64,000 bases of DNA from Candidatus Aminicenantes bacterium (GCA_014360005.1 JACIYI010000009.1:13347-77346), one strand, 5' to 3'; numbered from the stretch's first letter, positions 45,018 to 54,382 are shown. A program made the numbers and translations. Notes: generated by a model from the letters alone, not told the origin.

Positions 45018-46775
45018 TCAGGCCCGGTTGAGACCGGCGCCGGCGGCGGTTTTTTCTTCTATCAAAATCTGTAGTAATTCCAGCTCCTGGTCCTCAAACC
45101 AGATGACCTGGCAATGATAGCATTTATAAACGGGAAGCAGGTAATGGTAGCTAAAAGGCCTTAAGGTGAGCTGCAGTCCGCACCCGGGGCAGAGGGCCGG
45201 GGGTTTTTCCTTGAGGATCGGCAGTTTGATATTAGGGTCAAGCAGAGCTTCACGGTAAGCCCGGGCTTTCTGCTTGAGTGATTCGGGGAAGGTCATTTCA
45301 CGCCGGGCAAAGATTTTTTCCAGGTGAGCCATGGCCACCAGCTGGCCCTGGCAGGTCTGACATTTTTTGATTTTTACTCCTTCGTAGAAGGCCTCAACCA
45401 GTGCGGTGCTGCAAACCGGGCACTTATCATGCCGGGCCGGGTCCAGTGGCTGCTTTTTGAGCTGGCGATACAGAGCAAAGCGGATTTGAGGAAAATTCCT
45501 GGCCGGGCCCTCCAGATTTTCTTTGATATTCTTGATTCTGGTGGCCGGAGTGAAATAGGGAAGAGTAATCAGCGAACCGAGGACATAGGGCCCTTCCCAC
45601 CGGCCGTGGGCGTTGCGGGCCAGCCAGATACTATCCTTTTCTAAATTTTCCCGGGCTTGCTGCTGCAATTTATTGATTTTTTCCTGATATTCCGGTCTGC
45701 TTTCTTCCAGCGGGCTGTACCTGGTCCGGGCCCTCTCTCTCTGTTCTTCCCGGGCTCTGACTTCTTCGATGACCTCTTTCAGGTTCTTGTGGGCCATTTC
45801 AGCCAGGAGCCGCAGCCTGAGCCTGACGGGTGGATGAGTATTGAAAAGCTTGTCCCTGGTGGTCTCCCTGATGTCCCGGGAATCGGGCGGGACCAGGAAA
45901 AGAGGAGTGAAAACACTGCTGTCACCCAGATAAGAATTGGCCACCTGAGCTTTGTAAATGACCCGGGCCAGGGCCAGGGGGTCCCGGCATAATTCCACCG
46001 CCGTGGCGTCAGCCAGGAGCTCCCGTTTCTGGCTGATAATGGTAATAAAAAAATTCAGGAGAAGGTAGGAGAACAAACTGGCCAGATAAATTAAGGGCTG
46101 GCCGAGTCCCTTATCCCCCCGTGTCTGCTTGAGCTCAGGCTGGCTGTATTCCTTCTGGCGGTCGAGTGAATCGATAAGTTCCTGATAAAAAGCGGCGATG
46201 GAACAGACCAGAGTCAGAAGAAAAGTGTCGCCTTTCAGGATGTGGGCTGTTTCGTGGGCCACCACGGCCTGGAGTTCATCCCGGCTGGTTTCGGCCAGAA
46301 GTCCTTCGGTAACGACTATGGCCGGCTGCTGGCCCGGTCCGAGGAGCGAGAGAGAGTTAAGGTTTACCGTCGGTATGACGTACCCCCGGAGCAAAGGCAG
46401 GCCCGAGGATATTTTCATTTCTTCCAGCACGTTGAGGAAACTCAGGTGGTAGCGGTCCTCCGGGTCAGGGGAACAGGCTCTCAGGTTTTTCAGGATATAC
46501 TGGACGCCTCGTTGTTTTGCTTGAACAAAATTAATCAACGTCAGTATTAACGACAGGGAGATGACAATCGCCAGGTACTTGATAAAGAAGGGTCCGGATA
46601 AAAGGCTGAAGCCGGGCAGAAAAAGGCCCAGCGATAAGAGAATGGAGCCGGAAATCAGGGCCACCGTCAGGAAGTAGAATATGAATAGCAGGAAGAAAAG
46701 AAGAGCGGAAATCCGCTGTTGCTTCTTCTGTATTTCCCAGTAGGAAGCCGGCAATTTTTTTTTGCTCTCCGTCAT
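45018..46775 (-). CDS. M48 (HtpX-like) zinc metalloprotease fused to a GYF_2-like module and two zinc-ribbon modules
   Basis: The track ORF starts at 46850. I prefer the Met at 46775 (MTESKKK...), which follows AGGA. The protein has N-terminal TM helices, the zinc site VVAHETAHILKGD with a downstream ELLADATAVEL, then WLARNAHGRWEGPYVLGSLITLPYF (GYF_2-like). The two zinc ribbons are CPVCSTAL...CQTCQGQLV and CPGCGLQL...CYHCQVIWFEDQEL (zf-TFIIB-like CxxC...CxxC). Confidence 0.8.
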   Translation of the reverse strand: MTESKKKLPASYWEIQKKQQRISALLFFLLFIFYFLTVALISGSILLSLGLFLPGFSLLSGPFFIKYLAIVISLSLILTLINFVQAKQRGVQYILKNLRACSPDPEDRYHLSFLNVLEEMKISSGLPLLRGYVIPTVNLNSLSLLGPGQQPAIVVTEGLLAETSRDELQAVVAHETAHILKGDTFLLTLVCSIAAFYQELIDSLDRQKEYSQPELKQTRGDKGLGQPLIYLASLFSYLLLNFFITIISQKRELLADATAVELCRDPLALARVIYKAQVANSYLGDSSVFTPLFLVPPDSRDIRETTRDKLFNTHPPVRLRLRLLAEMAHKNLKEVIEEVRAREEQRERARTRYSPLEESRPEYQEKINKLQQQARENLEKDSIWLARNAHGRWEGPYVLGSLITLPYFTPATRIKNIKENLEGPARNFPQIRFALYRQLKKQPLDPARHDKCPVCSTALVEAFYEGVKIKKCQTCQGQLVAMAHLEKIFARREMTFPESLKQKARAYREALLDPNIKLPILKEKPPALCPGCGLQLTLRPFSYHYLLPVYKCYHCQVIWFEDQELELLQILIEEKTAAGAGLNRA

Positions 46776-47150
46776 TTCTGTTCCTGGCATTTTACAACTT
46801 ATGAAGGAAAAATAAAAGCAGGCAGAGATGATGGGCCGGGTATTTTCCAAAGCTTCGGGCTCGGATTACTTCTATTCAGGTCTATCTTTTTGCCAGGCAA
46901 AAACTCGGCCGCTTTAACTGCGAGTTAATTTTCCGGGAATGATATCGAAAACGGAGGAAATAATCAGCTTTCGGCCAGTAGCTAAACTATAGTGGCGAGC
47001 TCAGGAATCGACCAGGTCCTGGCCGACTGTTCTGGCTCGTTTTTTGGGTAGATGGGGGTGATTGTTATTCAGAGACAGCCTGCAAGAAATAATATGACTG
47101 CTAATAATGGTAGTTGACTCATCCTCAGGTGCCCTGAGGCGGCCTGGTGG

Positions 47151-47189
47151 ATTTAAAAAAAGAAAGGGGAGGCGGCATTGCGCCTCCCC
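47151..47189 (-). terminator. Rho-independent terminator of the TonB-dependent receptor gene
   Basis: GGGGAGGCG (47166-47174) pairs with CGCCTCCCC (47181-47189): a 9-bp GC-rich stem with a 6-nt loop, 18 nt after the stop. On the minus-strand RNA it is followed by UUUCUUUUUUAAAU. A second 7-bp hairpin, CCTCAGG-TGC-CCTGAGG, lies at 47123-47139. Confidence 0.75.
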
Positions 47190-47207
47190 TGAAATTCTCT
47201 AACCTGC

Positions 47208-50189
47208 TCAGAATGAATAACGGGCACCCAGTCTGAAGACTCTGGGGTCGGTCAGGCTGGTGAGTTCTCCGAAGGATACCAGCTTGCCAGAAACAGTGGT
47301 GGTGCTGCTGGAGATGGAATGAACACCCGTCGGAATGGCGACATTGGTGACGTTGAAGATGTCGCAGAAGACCCCGAACTGTCCGAACTTTCCGGGCAGC
47401 CTGAAGCTCTTCTCCACCCTGAGGTCCAGAATGGTCAGTGGCGGCAGGCTCCTGGAACCCCGTGGTTCGGCATAGATGGTCACAGTTCCCTGAGGCAGGG
47501 TCACTCCGAGGTCGGAACTTCTGACCCGTCTGGTCCAGCGTTGACCGTCGAGCAGCCGGTAGTAGCCGCTGATCATGATGCCCCATGGCCCCTGCCACAT
47601 GGCCTGGACTTTGAACTGGTTGCGCCGTTCATAGCCGAAATTACCCATGGCGAAAGTGTGAACATTGGGGTCTTCAAAATAGGATTGTCCGGACCAGCTG
47701 TCGTCAAAATCAGTTCCAATCAGGCCACGGGACTTCTGCCAGACATAGGAAATCATGGCTGACCAGCGGTTAGAAAACCTCTTGTTCAGACTGACTTCAA
47801 CGCCGTCATAATCTCTCTTGGCTCCGGGTGGGTTGGTGACAAAAGTGCTGGTAGGCGTGGTCATACCCGGGTCAGTTCTTCCCCAGAAGGTGACAGTCTG
47901 GTTGTTCCAGGGATCGGTGGCTGTAACCGGGGCGTAGATGTACCAGCAATTGGGGTCAAAGATAGCGTCATGACCCTTGACCGAATAGAGAGCCTTGTAG
48001 AAGTTGAGATTAAGACGGTTGAGATCAACGTCTTCAATCAAGTTGCGGTCCCACTTGTGGATGTAACGGACACCGAACCGGGTGTCGGTTATAATTTCTC
48101 TTTCTATGCCGATAATAAACTCATCCAGGTAGGGAGATTTGAGGTTGGGGTCCATCGTGGCCGAGGCGGTAGCACTGAAATTATACATCAGCCGGTCGGG
48201 GTTGGGCCGCAGCCTGGTCAGCGGGTCGTTGGGGTCAATGGGGTAATTGGGGTCGGTGCCGTCATTGATAATGTAATGGGTCCGCCAGGAAATGAAGCTG
48301 TTGGGGTTAACGGTCACGAACCACTGCATGATATTGGCTATGTAATAGCGGCAGAAACTAACTTTAAGAGCGGTCTTGGCATCTCCGGTCAGGTCAAAAG
48401 AGGCCCCGAGCCTGGGAGCCAGCGTGTTCCAAACATATGGTTTTCTCTGCTCGTTTAATCTGGGGTCGTAGATGTTTCCGCTTCCCGGCGGATATTCCAC
48501 CGGTGTCCTGTCCTGCCCCTGAACTGGCAGGATGCCTTCCTGGCGGTCAAAGCGGAAGCCAATATTCAGGGTCAATCTCTTGAAGGGCGACCAGGTATCC
48601 TGGATGAAACCGCCGATAACCATCTTGCGGTCCTTGCGGGTAAAGTCCTGGTAATGGACCATATAAGGATAGGTTCCGGTGGGGGAAATACCTTCGGAAA
48701 TGACCCTGTCAATTAGAGAAGCCAGGTCCATCGGGATCTGATCTGGAGGAAGTCCCGATGACAACCGCACGTAGAAGAAAGGTCCGTTGCCCCAGGCGTC
48801 GCGGTTGTGGCGGCGGTAGCGGCTGTCCCAGGAATACTCAAATTCTATTCCACCCTTTATTTCATGACGGCCAAGGAACTCGTCCAGGAAGTAGGTGCCA
48901 TCAGTCAGGGCCTGGAACCGGTTTCGGCTGTAGATGTCATCGTAGCCGTAGCTTCCGTAATACCTATAATAGCGGGAATCATAGACCCGAACGACATCAT
49001 TCTTAGCCATCAAATTCAGAGCATAATCCATATAGCCAGCTTTGAGGTTCATGTAAAGGTTGGGGTTGAAGAAATGGGTCAGCTGGAAATTATAGGTGTA
49101 GATGGGAGTAGTCTGCTTCCAGGTGGTATCAACTGTCCTATAGGAGGAAGCACCGCGGTGGTTCCTGACATAGTCGGAGAAGTTGAAGGCCAGGACCACC
49201 CGGTCTTTCTTTGTAGCCTGAATGGTAAACTTGATAAAAGGCAGTGGCCGTTTGTAGTCCAGCGGAACCTGGTTGGGCTGGTCATAGGGATAGCCCAGCG
49301 AAAATTCCTGGGTTTTTTGCAGTGAGAAATTGGCAAAGAACCAGATGCGGTCCTTAATGATCGGGCCGCCCAGGTTGGCCGCCGGTTCGTAATCATAGTC
49401 AAAACCTCCGGTCTGGCCTTCAAAAATGGTTCCCCTGGTGTTGGTGCTCTGCATGTCCTTGTTGCGGTAGAAGAAGCTGACCGAGCCGCTGAACTTATTT
49501 CCGCCAGATCTGGTCACTACGTTGACCACACCGCCCCGGACGCTGCCGTATTCAGCCGGTAGACCGCCGGTCTGGACTGACAGCTCTTCCATTATGTCCA
49601 TGCCGAAAGTCCCGGCCTGGGTGCCAGTAACCGGGTCGGTGATGTTGACCCCGTCGATGTTATAAGTATTATCCCTTTCCGAACTTCCGTGGACTGTGGC
49701 GGATGTAACTCCGGGAGCCATGTTAAAGAAAGCCCCGAGGTTCCTGGCTGCCGGCAAATTCTGCAGAACATCCCTGGTAATGCTGGCCGTCATCGAAGTC
49801 CTCTGGATATCAACTGTCGGAGCAGCTCCGGTAACGGTGATACTTTCTTCGATGGCCGATTGTTCCAGAGAAACGTCCAGGGTGGTGGTAACACCGACGT
49901 TGACCTTGATGCCCTCCCGGATCAGGGTCCTGAATCCCTGGAGCTTGAAAATTACGGTGTACTCACCTGGTGGAAGAGCAGGAAAACGCCAGTGGCCACG
50001 GTCGTTGGTCACGACTTCCAGTGAGGGTGAAATCAGAGCCGCAGACTTGATGGAAACATTCACACCGGGCAGAGGCTGGTTGTCCTGGTCATAGACGGTG
50101 CCGTCCAGGGTTCCGGTCTGGCTGATCTGGGCTGCGGCGGGAAGAGTAAAAAGAGAAAGAATCAGCAGAGGCATAAAGATTTTTTTCAT
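47208..50189 (-). CDS. TonB-dependent outer-membrane receptor with an N-terminal CarboxypepD_reg domain (Oar-like)
   Basis: 993 aa. Signal peptide MKKIFMPLLILSLFTLPAAA followed by Q. GTLDGTVYDQDNQPLPGVNVSI...PGEYTV is the carboxypeptidase-regulatory-like fold. EESITVTG marks the plug boundary. A long beta-barrel ends in RLGARYSF with a terminal aromatic residue. Confidence 0.9.
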   Translation of the reverse strand: MKKIFMPLLILSLFTLPAAAQISQTGTLDGTVYDQDNQPLPGVNVSIKSAALISPSLEVVTNDRGHWRFPALPPGEYTVIFKLQGFRTLIREGIKVNVGVTTTLDVSLEQSAIEESITVTGAAPTVDIQRTSMTASITRDVLQNLPAARNLGAFFNMAPGVTSATVHGSSERDNTYNIDGVNITDPVTGTQAGTFGMDIMEELSVQTGGLPAEYGSVRGGVVNVVTRSGGNKFSGSVSFFYRNKDMQSTNTRGTIFEGQTGGFDYDYEPAANLGGPIIKDRIWFFANFSLQKTQEFSLGYPYDQPNQVPLDYKRPLPFIKFTIQATKKDRVVLAFNFSDYVRNHRGASSYRTVDTTWKQTTPIYTYNFQLTHFFNPNLYMNLKAGYMDYALNLMAKNDVVRVYDSRYYRYYGSYGYDDIYSRNRFQALTDGTYFLDEFLGRHEIKGGIEFEYSWDSRYRRHNRDAWGNGPFFYVRLSSGLPPDQIPMDLASLIDRVISEGISPTGTYPYMVHYQDFTRKDRKMVIGGFIQDTWSPFKRLTLNIGFRFDRQEGILPVQGQDRTPVEYPPGSGNIYDPRLNEQRKPYVWNTLAPRLGASFDLTGDAKTALKVSFCRYYIANIMQWFVTVNPNSFISWRTHYIINDGTDPNYPIDPNDPLTRLRPNPDRLMYNFSATASATMDPNLKSPYLDEFIIGIEREIITDTRFGVRYIHKWDRNLIEDVDLNRLNLNFYKALYSVKGHDAIFDPNCWYIYAPVTATDPWNNQTVTFWGRTDPGMTTPTSTFVTNPPGAKRDYDGVEVSLNKRFSNRWSAMISYVWQKSRGLIGTDFDDSWSGQSYFEDPNVHTFAMGNFGYERRNQFKVQAMWQGPWGIMISGYYRLLDGQRWTRRVRSSDLGVTLPQGTVTIYAEPRGSRSLPPLTILDLRVEKSFRLPGKFGQFGVFCDIFNVTNVAIPTGVHSISSSTTTVSGKLVSFGELTSLTDPRVFRLGARYSF

Positions 50190-50575
50190 TTTCCCTCCTT
50201 TGAAGAAAATCCCTTGCTTAAGAACCCTTTACCCTTTTCCTTCGTCTTAGTTTATGAGTTAATCACCTCCTTCCAGAAAAGTCTTAAAGAGCCTTCAAAA
50301 ATTTTCGTCAGCAAATTTTATGCCAGACAAAATCAATCATAAGTATTTGAAATATAATAAATTATATCGGTGTTGGCCCGGCTTTATTCATTTGATTGAA
50401 TTTAAATCCAATTATTTGAACAATCCCGCCAAATTTACCCGTATCTTAAAGCTAACGTAATGATGCTTTCATGATGTTAGCAGGATAATAAAGCATAGAG
50501 ACTTGTTAGGTTAAGATTATGGATGATGGGTAATCAACTTGAAGGGCAGGGCCATCTGGGTTAAGATAAGCCGGC

Positions 50576-50649
50576 GCGCCCGTAGCTCAGCCGGATAGAG
50601 CGAAGGACTTCGAATCCTGAGGTCGGGAGTTCGAATCTCCCCGGGCGCG
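50576..50649 (+). tRNA. tRNA-Arg (anticodon UCG)
   Basis: Cloverleaf folded by hand: acceptor GCGCCCG/CGGGCGC, D arm GCTC-AGCCGGATA-GAGC, anticodon arm AAGGA-CTTCGAA-TCCTG (TCG at 50610-50612), variable loop AGGTC, T arm GGGAG-TTCGAAT-CTCCC, discriminator G. CCA is not encoded. The 5' half is nearly identical to E. coli tRNA-Arg. Confidence 0.9.
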
Positions 50650-50682
50650 CTCCGACCCCGCCGGTAGCCGGCCCGATTTAGT

Positions 50683-51192
50683 TTGACAAAACCAGAACCG
50701 TGGAATAGATTTATAATTGAGGAGGGGAAATTGGAAAATATCAGGCCCGAGAAATATTTCCTTTCTCCGGTTTCCAGGAAGTTGGTGGAGCTGATAGAGA
50801 AAAGCGCCTCAGAGCTGACCAGGGCCTACCTTCTGGACCTGAAAAAACACTCCAGCATGCCAACCTACCAATCTTTTCCGGAAAAAGAAGTCTATGACCG
50901 GGCCTATCTGGTTTTCAGTCAACTTGGCCGCTGGATTTCCTATGAACTGGAATCGGAAGAGATGAAAAAATACTGGATAGAACTGGGGAAGACCAGGCGC
51001 CAGGAAGGCTTTGCCCTGCCCGAAATTTTCCTCTCTCTCTGCTTGATAAGAAAACAACTCTGGAACAAGATTCAGGCTGAAGGGCTGCTGGATAATGCTC
51101 TGGACCTGTACCAGGCCCTCGACCTTTATAACAGGCTGGTGACCTTCTTTGACCGGGCCCTTTATTATGCTATTATTGGCTATCACAGCTAA
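50683..51192 (+). CDS. Hypothetical protein, possibly an RsbR-N/non-haem-globin-like sensor domain
   Basis: 169 aa from a TTG at 50683. A better start may be the TTG at 50731, which lies 5 nt after GGAGG (50721-50725). All-helical sequence. The segment YWIELGKTRRQEGFALPEIFLSLCLIRKQLWNKI resembles the core of RsbRD_N-type domains, but the match is weak. Confidence 0.45.
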   Translation: MTKPEPWNRFIIEEGKLENIRPEKYFLSPVSRKLVELIEKSASELTRAYLLDLKKHSSMPTYQSFPEKEVYDRAYLVFSQLGRWISYELESEEMKKYWIELGKTRRQEGFALPEIFLSLCLIRKQLWNKIQAEGLLDNALDLYQALDLYNRLVTFFDRALYYAIIGYHS

Positions 51193-51226
51193 GAGCCGGC
51201 CCGGGAAGTAAGCTTTTTAAGTCCGT

Positions 51227-52402
51227 ATGGAAAAATACTATAAACTATTAAAAAATAGCCTGAAAACAAAGCGGGAAAAGGTCAGGACCGGCCTCTACCT
51301 TCATTACCCTTTTTGCCGGTCAAAGTGCTCCTACTGTCACTTTTCCAGTTTTATCTTTGAGCCGGAGCTTCACTGCCAGTGGCTATCGACCATCAAGAAA
51401 GAAATAGAGCGGTTAGCCTTTTATCTGGCTGATTACCTGGTTATTGACACCGTTTATTTTGGCGGTGGTTCGCCCTCGCTCCTGACTCCGGAAGAAATTC
51501 TATCGCTTCTCCTGGCCCTAAGGCACAACCTCTCAGCCTGCCCGGAAGAGGTCACCCTGGAAGTCAACCCCGCGGCCGAAACCGACCGGGTTCAGGGTTG
51601 GCTCCAGGCCGGAGTGACCAGGCTGAGTTTTGGGGCCCAATCTTTTGACTCCGTGGTTCTTGGCGTTCTCGGCCGCCATTACCGACCGGAGCAAACCATC
51701 AGCCTGGTAAAAGAAGCTGTTCGGGGTGGGGGTCGAAATATTAACCTTGACTTGATGATCGGGGTCCCGGGGGAATCATGGCGGACACTTGAAACCAATC
51801 TACAGGCGTTGCGGGAGCTTGAGCCCCATCACCTCTCGGTTTATATACTGGAAGAACTGGAAAAAGTACCCTTCCGGAGAGTCTGGGAAGAAAGCCCGCG
51901 GTCAGAGGAAGAGGTGGCCGAAACTTATGCCCATTACCAGGTAAGATTCGAAGAGGCTGGCTGGTCTCAGTACGAAATTTCCAATTTTTCGAAGCCCGGT
52001 TTCGAATGCCGGCACAATTTAAAATACTGGCGGTATGAACCCTTCCTGGGTCTGGGACCTTCAGCCTCTTCCCATCTGGGAAGTTTCCGCTGGACCAGTC
52101 CCGGATTATTAGGGGAATGGGCAGCGGCTGTAAATTCTGGGGAAGCGGACTTACCGGAGTTTATTGAGCTAAGGCCCGAAGCCGAACTCAGGGAAAGCCT
52201 GGCCTTCGGTCTGAGGCTCAGGGAAGGGATTTCCCTGGAGAATTTGCGGCGGCGATTCCCCGCTGTCGATTTTTCCAGACTGGAAAATAAATTGTCCCGG
52301 CTGGCAGCAACCGAGCTCTTGCAAATTAAGGACGGTCGGGTCAGTCTGCCCCCGGACAAGTTTCTCGTCAGTAATTCCATCCTTTCTGAATTGCTGTGGT
52401 GA
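51227..52402 (+). CDS. hemW: Radical SAM haem chaperone HemW (HemN-like, oxygen-independent coproporphyrinogen oxidase family)
   Basis: 391 aa. LYLHYPFCRSKCSYCHF (CxxxCxxC), plus GGGSPSLL, a SFGAQSF-type motif, and a HemN_C-like tail. Confidence 0.9.
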   Translation: MEKYYKLLKNSLKTKREKVRTGLYLHYPFCRSKCSYCHFSSFIFEPELHCQWLSTIKKEIERLAFYLADYLVIDTVYFGGGSPSLLTPEEILSLLLALRHNLSACPEEVTLEVNPAAETDRVQGWLQAGVTRLSFGAQSFDSVVLGVLGRHYRPEQTISLVKEAVRGGGRNINLDLMIGVPGESWRTLETNLQALRELEPHHLSVYILEELEKVPFRRVWEESPRSEEEVAETYAHYQVRFEEAGWSQYEISNFSKPGFECRHNLKYWRYEPFLGLGPSASSHLGSFRWTSPGLLGEWAAAVNSGEADLPEFIELRPEAELRESLAFGLRLREGISLENLRRRFPAVDFSRLENKLSRLAATELLQIKDGRVSLPPDKFLVSNSILSELLW

Positions 52403-52623
52403 GAAGCCGGGAAAAACCCTGACCTGATTCCAGTCTTGAGCGACGACTTTGATTTAACCGGCTGGAAGAATAAATAAAAAGTTTCCAGACGGCAGAGCGG
52501 CATTTTTTACTGCTTCCTGCTGCCTGCTCCAACCGCCTGGCGGGCCATCTTCCCGGTCGGCGGGATTAAATTTTTTCTGGGCTAGGGTCTCCGAACGCAG
52601 GCTATCTTTTTTCATTTTCCCCT

Positions 52624-52652
52624 TTGAATTTCGGCCCGTTTATGCTTAAAAT
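52624..52652 (+). promoter_or_regulatory. Putative sigma-70-type promoter of the thioredoxin gene
   Basis: TTGAAT (52624-52629), a 17-nt spacer, then TAAAAT (52647-52652), 22 nt upstream of the ATG at 52675. Confidence 0.45.
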
Positions 52653-52674
52653 TTACTAAAAAATCAGGACCAAG

Positions 52675-53115
52675 ATGAGCACCCGTAAGATTAAAGTCAG
52701 CTGTTTTCAGTGCGGTCAGACCAATTATTATCCGGAGAATCCGGGCTCCGGGACCGTGGTCTGTGGCCGGTGCCACAACCCGCTTCCCCGACCTGGAGAG
52801 GTGATTGCGGTCAATGAGATTCAGGCCGGCAACCTGATCGCCAGGTCCAGCCTGCCCGTTCTGATCGATTTTTATTCCAATTCCTGCGGACCCTGTTTGA
52901 TGATGGCTCCCGTGCTGGAAAGATTAGCCCGGCGACGGGCGGGAGAAGTGATGGTCATCAAGGTGGATGTGGACAGGAACCCTGGCCTGGCTGCCCGCCT
53001 AGGCATAACTTCAGTGCCCACTTTTATAGTCTTTCACAAGAATACTGAAAGAGGGCGCATATCCGGGGCCATGCCAGAAATGGATCTATCGCTGTGGGTG
53101 GCCAAGCTGGCCTGA
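52675..53115 (+). CDS. trxC: Thioredoxin with an N-terminal zinc-finger extension (Trx2 type)
   Basis: 146 aa. The N-terminal CFQCGQ...CGRCHNPL gives two CxxC pairs. The thioredoxin fold carries the active site SCGPC (FYSNSCGPCLMMAP) and the cis-Pro region SVPTFIVF. Confidence 0.9.
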   Translation: MSTRKIKVSCFQCGQTNYYPENPGSGTVVCGRCHNPLPRPGEVIAVNEIQAGNLIARSSLPVLIDFYSNSCGPCLMMAPVLERLARRRAGEVMVIKVDVDRNPGLAARLGITSVPTFIVFHKNTERGRISGAMPEMDLSLWVAKLA

Positions 53116-53125
53116 TGACCGGTAA

Positions 53126-54382
53126 TTACTGCCCGGGATTTTCCAGGAAATAGCCGCGCCTGTACCGGAGCTGATAATCCGTTTCTCCCTTAACCTGGAC
53201 CTGGATCTGCCTGAAGCCAGCCTGTCCCGCCGGCCGGTCAGTTTTGTAGAAGATCAGATAGTAGGCCGAAACATTGTCGGCTGATTTCCGGAGGCCCTCG
53301 ACCGGGTTGTAGGTATTGTCGGAAATGCCGCCGGTGGCTCTGGCGGCTTCGTTCAGCGCTTCGAACACGTCTTCCGACTGCTCATTCATGACCACCCCGC
53401 TGATTCTCACCGGGCGCTTATCAAGATAAATGAAGTTAAAAACCGCTCCGGAATCGGCCAGGGCCTGGCTGATCTGTTCTTTGTCCAGGCGGGTTTCCCG
53501 GCGGTAGAACTGGAAAAGCTCCATCAGGGTATTGATAATGTGCGGGTAATCCTGGTAACTGGAAATCATTTGATTCAGAACCCTGGCGCTGAGTTCGGGC
53601 CGGAATTCTCTCTGGTAAAAGAAAATAACTGCTTTCTGTCCTGGAGTTTGTTTCAGAGACTTGGCAAACGACATAAACTTGTTCTGGTCGACTAGCCGCA
53701 GGTCATCCAGCTTGACCAGGGTGTCCCGGTAACGAGACAGAATATGTTCAATGCCAAAATTAAAGGTGGTGGAATCGGCCTCATTTTCCACATCCGGGTC
53801 AGCTCCGATCGACTCTCCACCAAAGGTGGCCAGGGAACGGGTAATCTTTTTTAAATCCCGGAGAGCGGTGTTGTATTCCCGGCTGCCCTGAATGATATCA
53901 CTCCTCATGATGTTCTGCAGCTCCTTGCTGACCTCGGATTTGCTCTTGGCCCGCAGAGTTTCAGGGTTGAAGCGATAAATCTTGAGCGGGGTGACCAGGG
54001 TCAGAGTATCACCGGGCAGGAAGTAGTTGTTGACCAGAAGGTTGATCGCATCTCCCAGTTTTTTATCGTAGTCGCTGGCCTGAACGATGATAAAATAATT
54101 CAGGTTGAGGTTAAGCTCCCGGGGCTGGCCTTCCAGAATTTGGGTCAGCCTGTTGTTTTCGACCAGGTAGATGGCTTCAATCGGCCGGGCCTGACCGTCT
54201 TCGTTCACTTCAAAATCCTGCGGGCTGAGATTCCTGACAAAATTATTCTTCTGCAGGACCCTGACTGCTATAGAAGCAAACTGGTCAGGATAATCCTGAC
54301 GGGCTTCAAGACCGGCCCCGGTTATTAAAACCAGAACCGTAGCCAGAGCGCATATAAAAAAAAGCCTGGTTGACAGCTTCAT
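53126..54382 (-). CDS. Secreted VWFA-related protein (acidobacterial type)
   Basis: 418 aa with a signal peptide. The N-terminal segment ASIAVRVLQKNNFVRNLSPQDFEVNEDGQARPIEAIYLV matches the characteristic opening of the VWFA-related Acidobacterial domain family (pattern V-x-V-x-V...gL...DFxVxEDGxxqxI). The rest is not independently verifiable by eye. Confidence 0.5.
   Translation of the reverse strand: MKLSTRLFFICALATVLVLITGAGLEARQDYPDQFASIAVRVLQKNNFVRNLSPQDFEVNEDGQARPIEAIYLVENNRLTQILEGQPRELNLNLNYFIIVQASDYDKKLGDAINLLVNNYFLPGDTLTLVTPLKIYRFNPETLRAKSKSEVSKELQNIMRSDIIQGSREYNTALRDLKKITRSLATFGGESIGADPDVENEADSTTFNFGIEHILSRYRDTLVKLDDLRLVDQNKFMSFAKSLKQTPGQKAVIFFYQREFRPELSARVLNQMISSYQDYPHIINTLMELFQFYRRETRLDKEQISQALADSGAVFNFIYLDKRPVRISGVVMNEQSEDVFEALNEAARATGGISDNTYNPVEGLRKSADNVSAYYLIFYKTDRPAGQAGFRQIQVQVKGETDYQLRYRRGYFLENPGQ

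Noticed and set aside
47125-47598. 157-aa minus-strand ORF overlapping the 3' end of the TonB-dependent receptor gene and its terminator
   Set aside because: It lies in an alternative frame of a gene with a clear beta-barrel C-terminus (…RLGARYSF) and runs through the terminator hairpin. Its composition is not protein-like.
50576-50649. tRNA-Arg as a possible integration hotspot or genomic-island border
   Set aside because: No integrase, no direct repeat of the tRNA 3' end, and no compositional break visible by eye on either side. The flanking genes are ordinary: the receptor gene upstream, and hemW and thioredoxin downstream.
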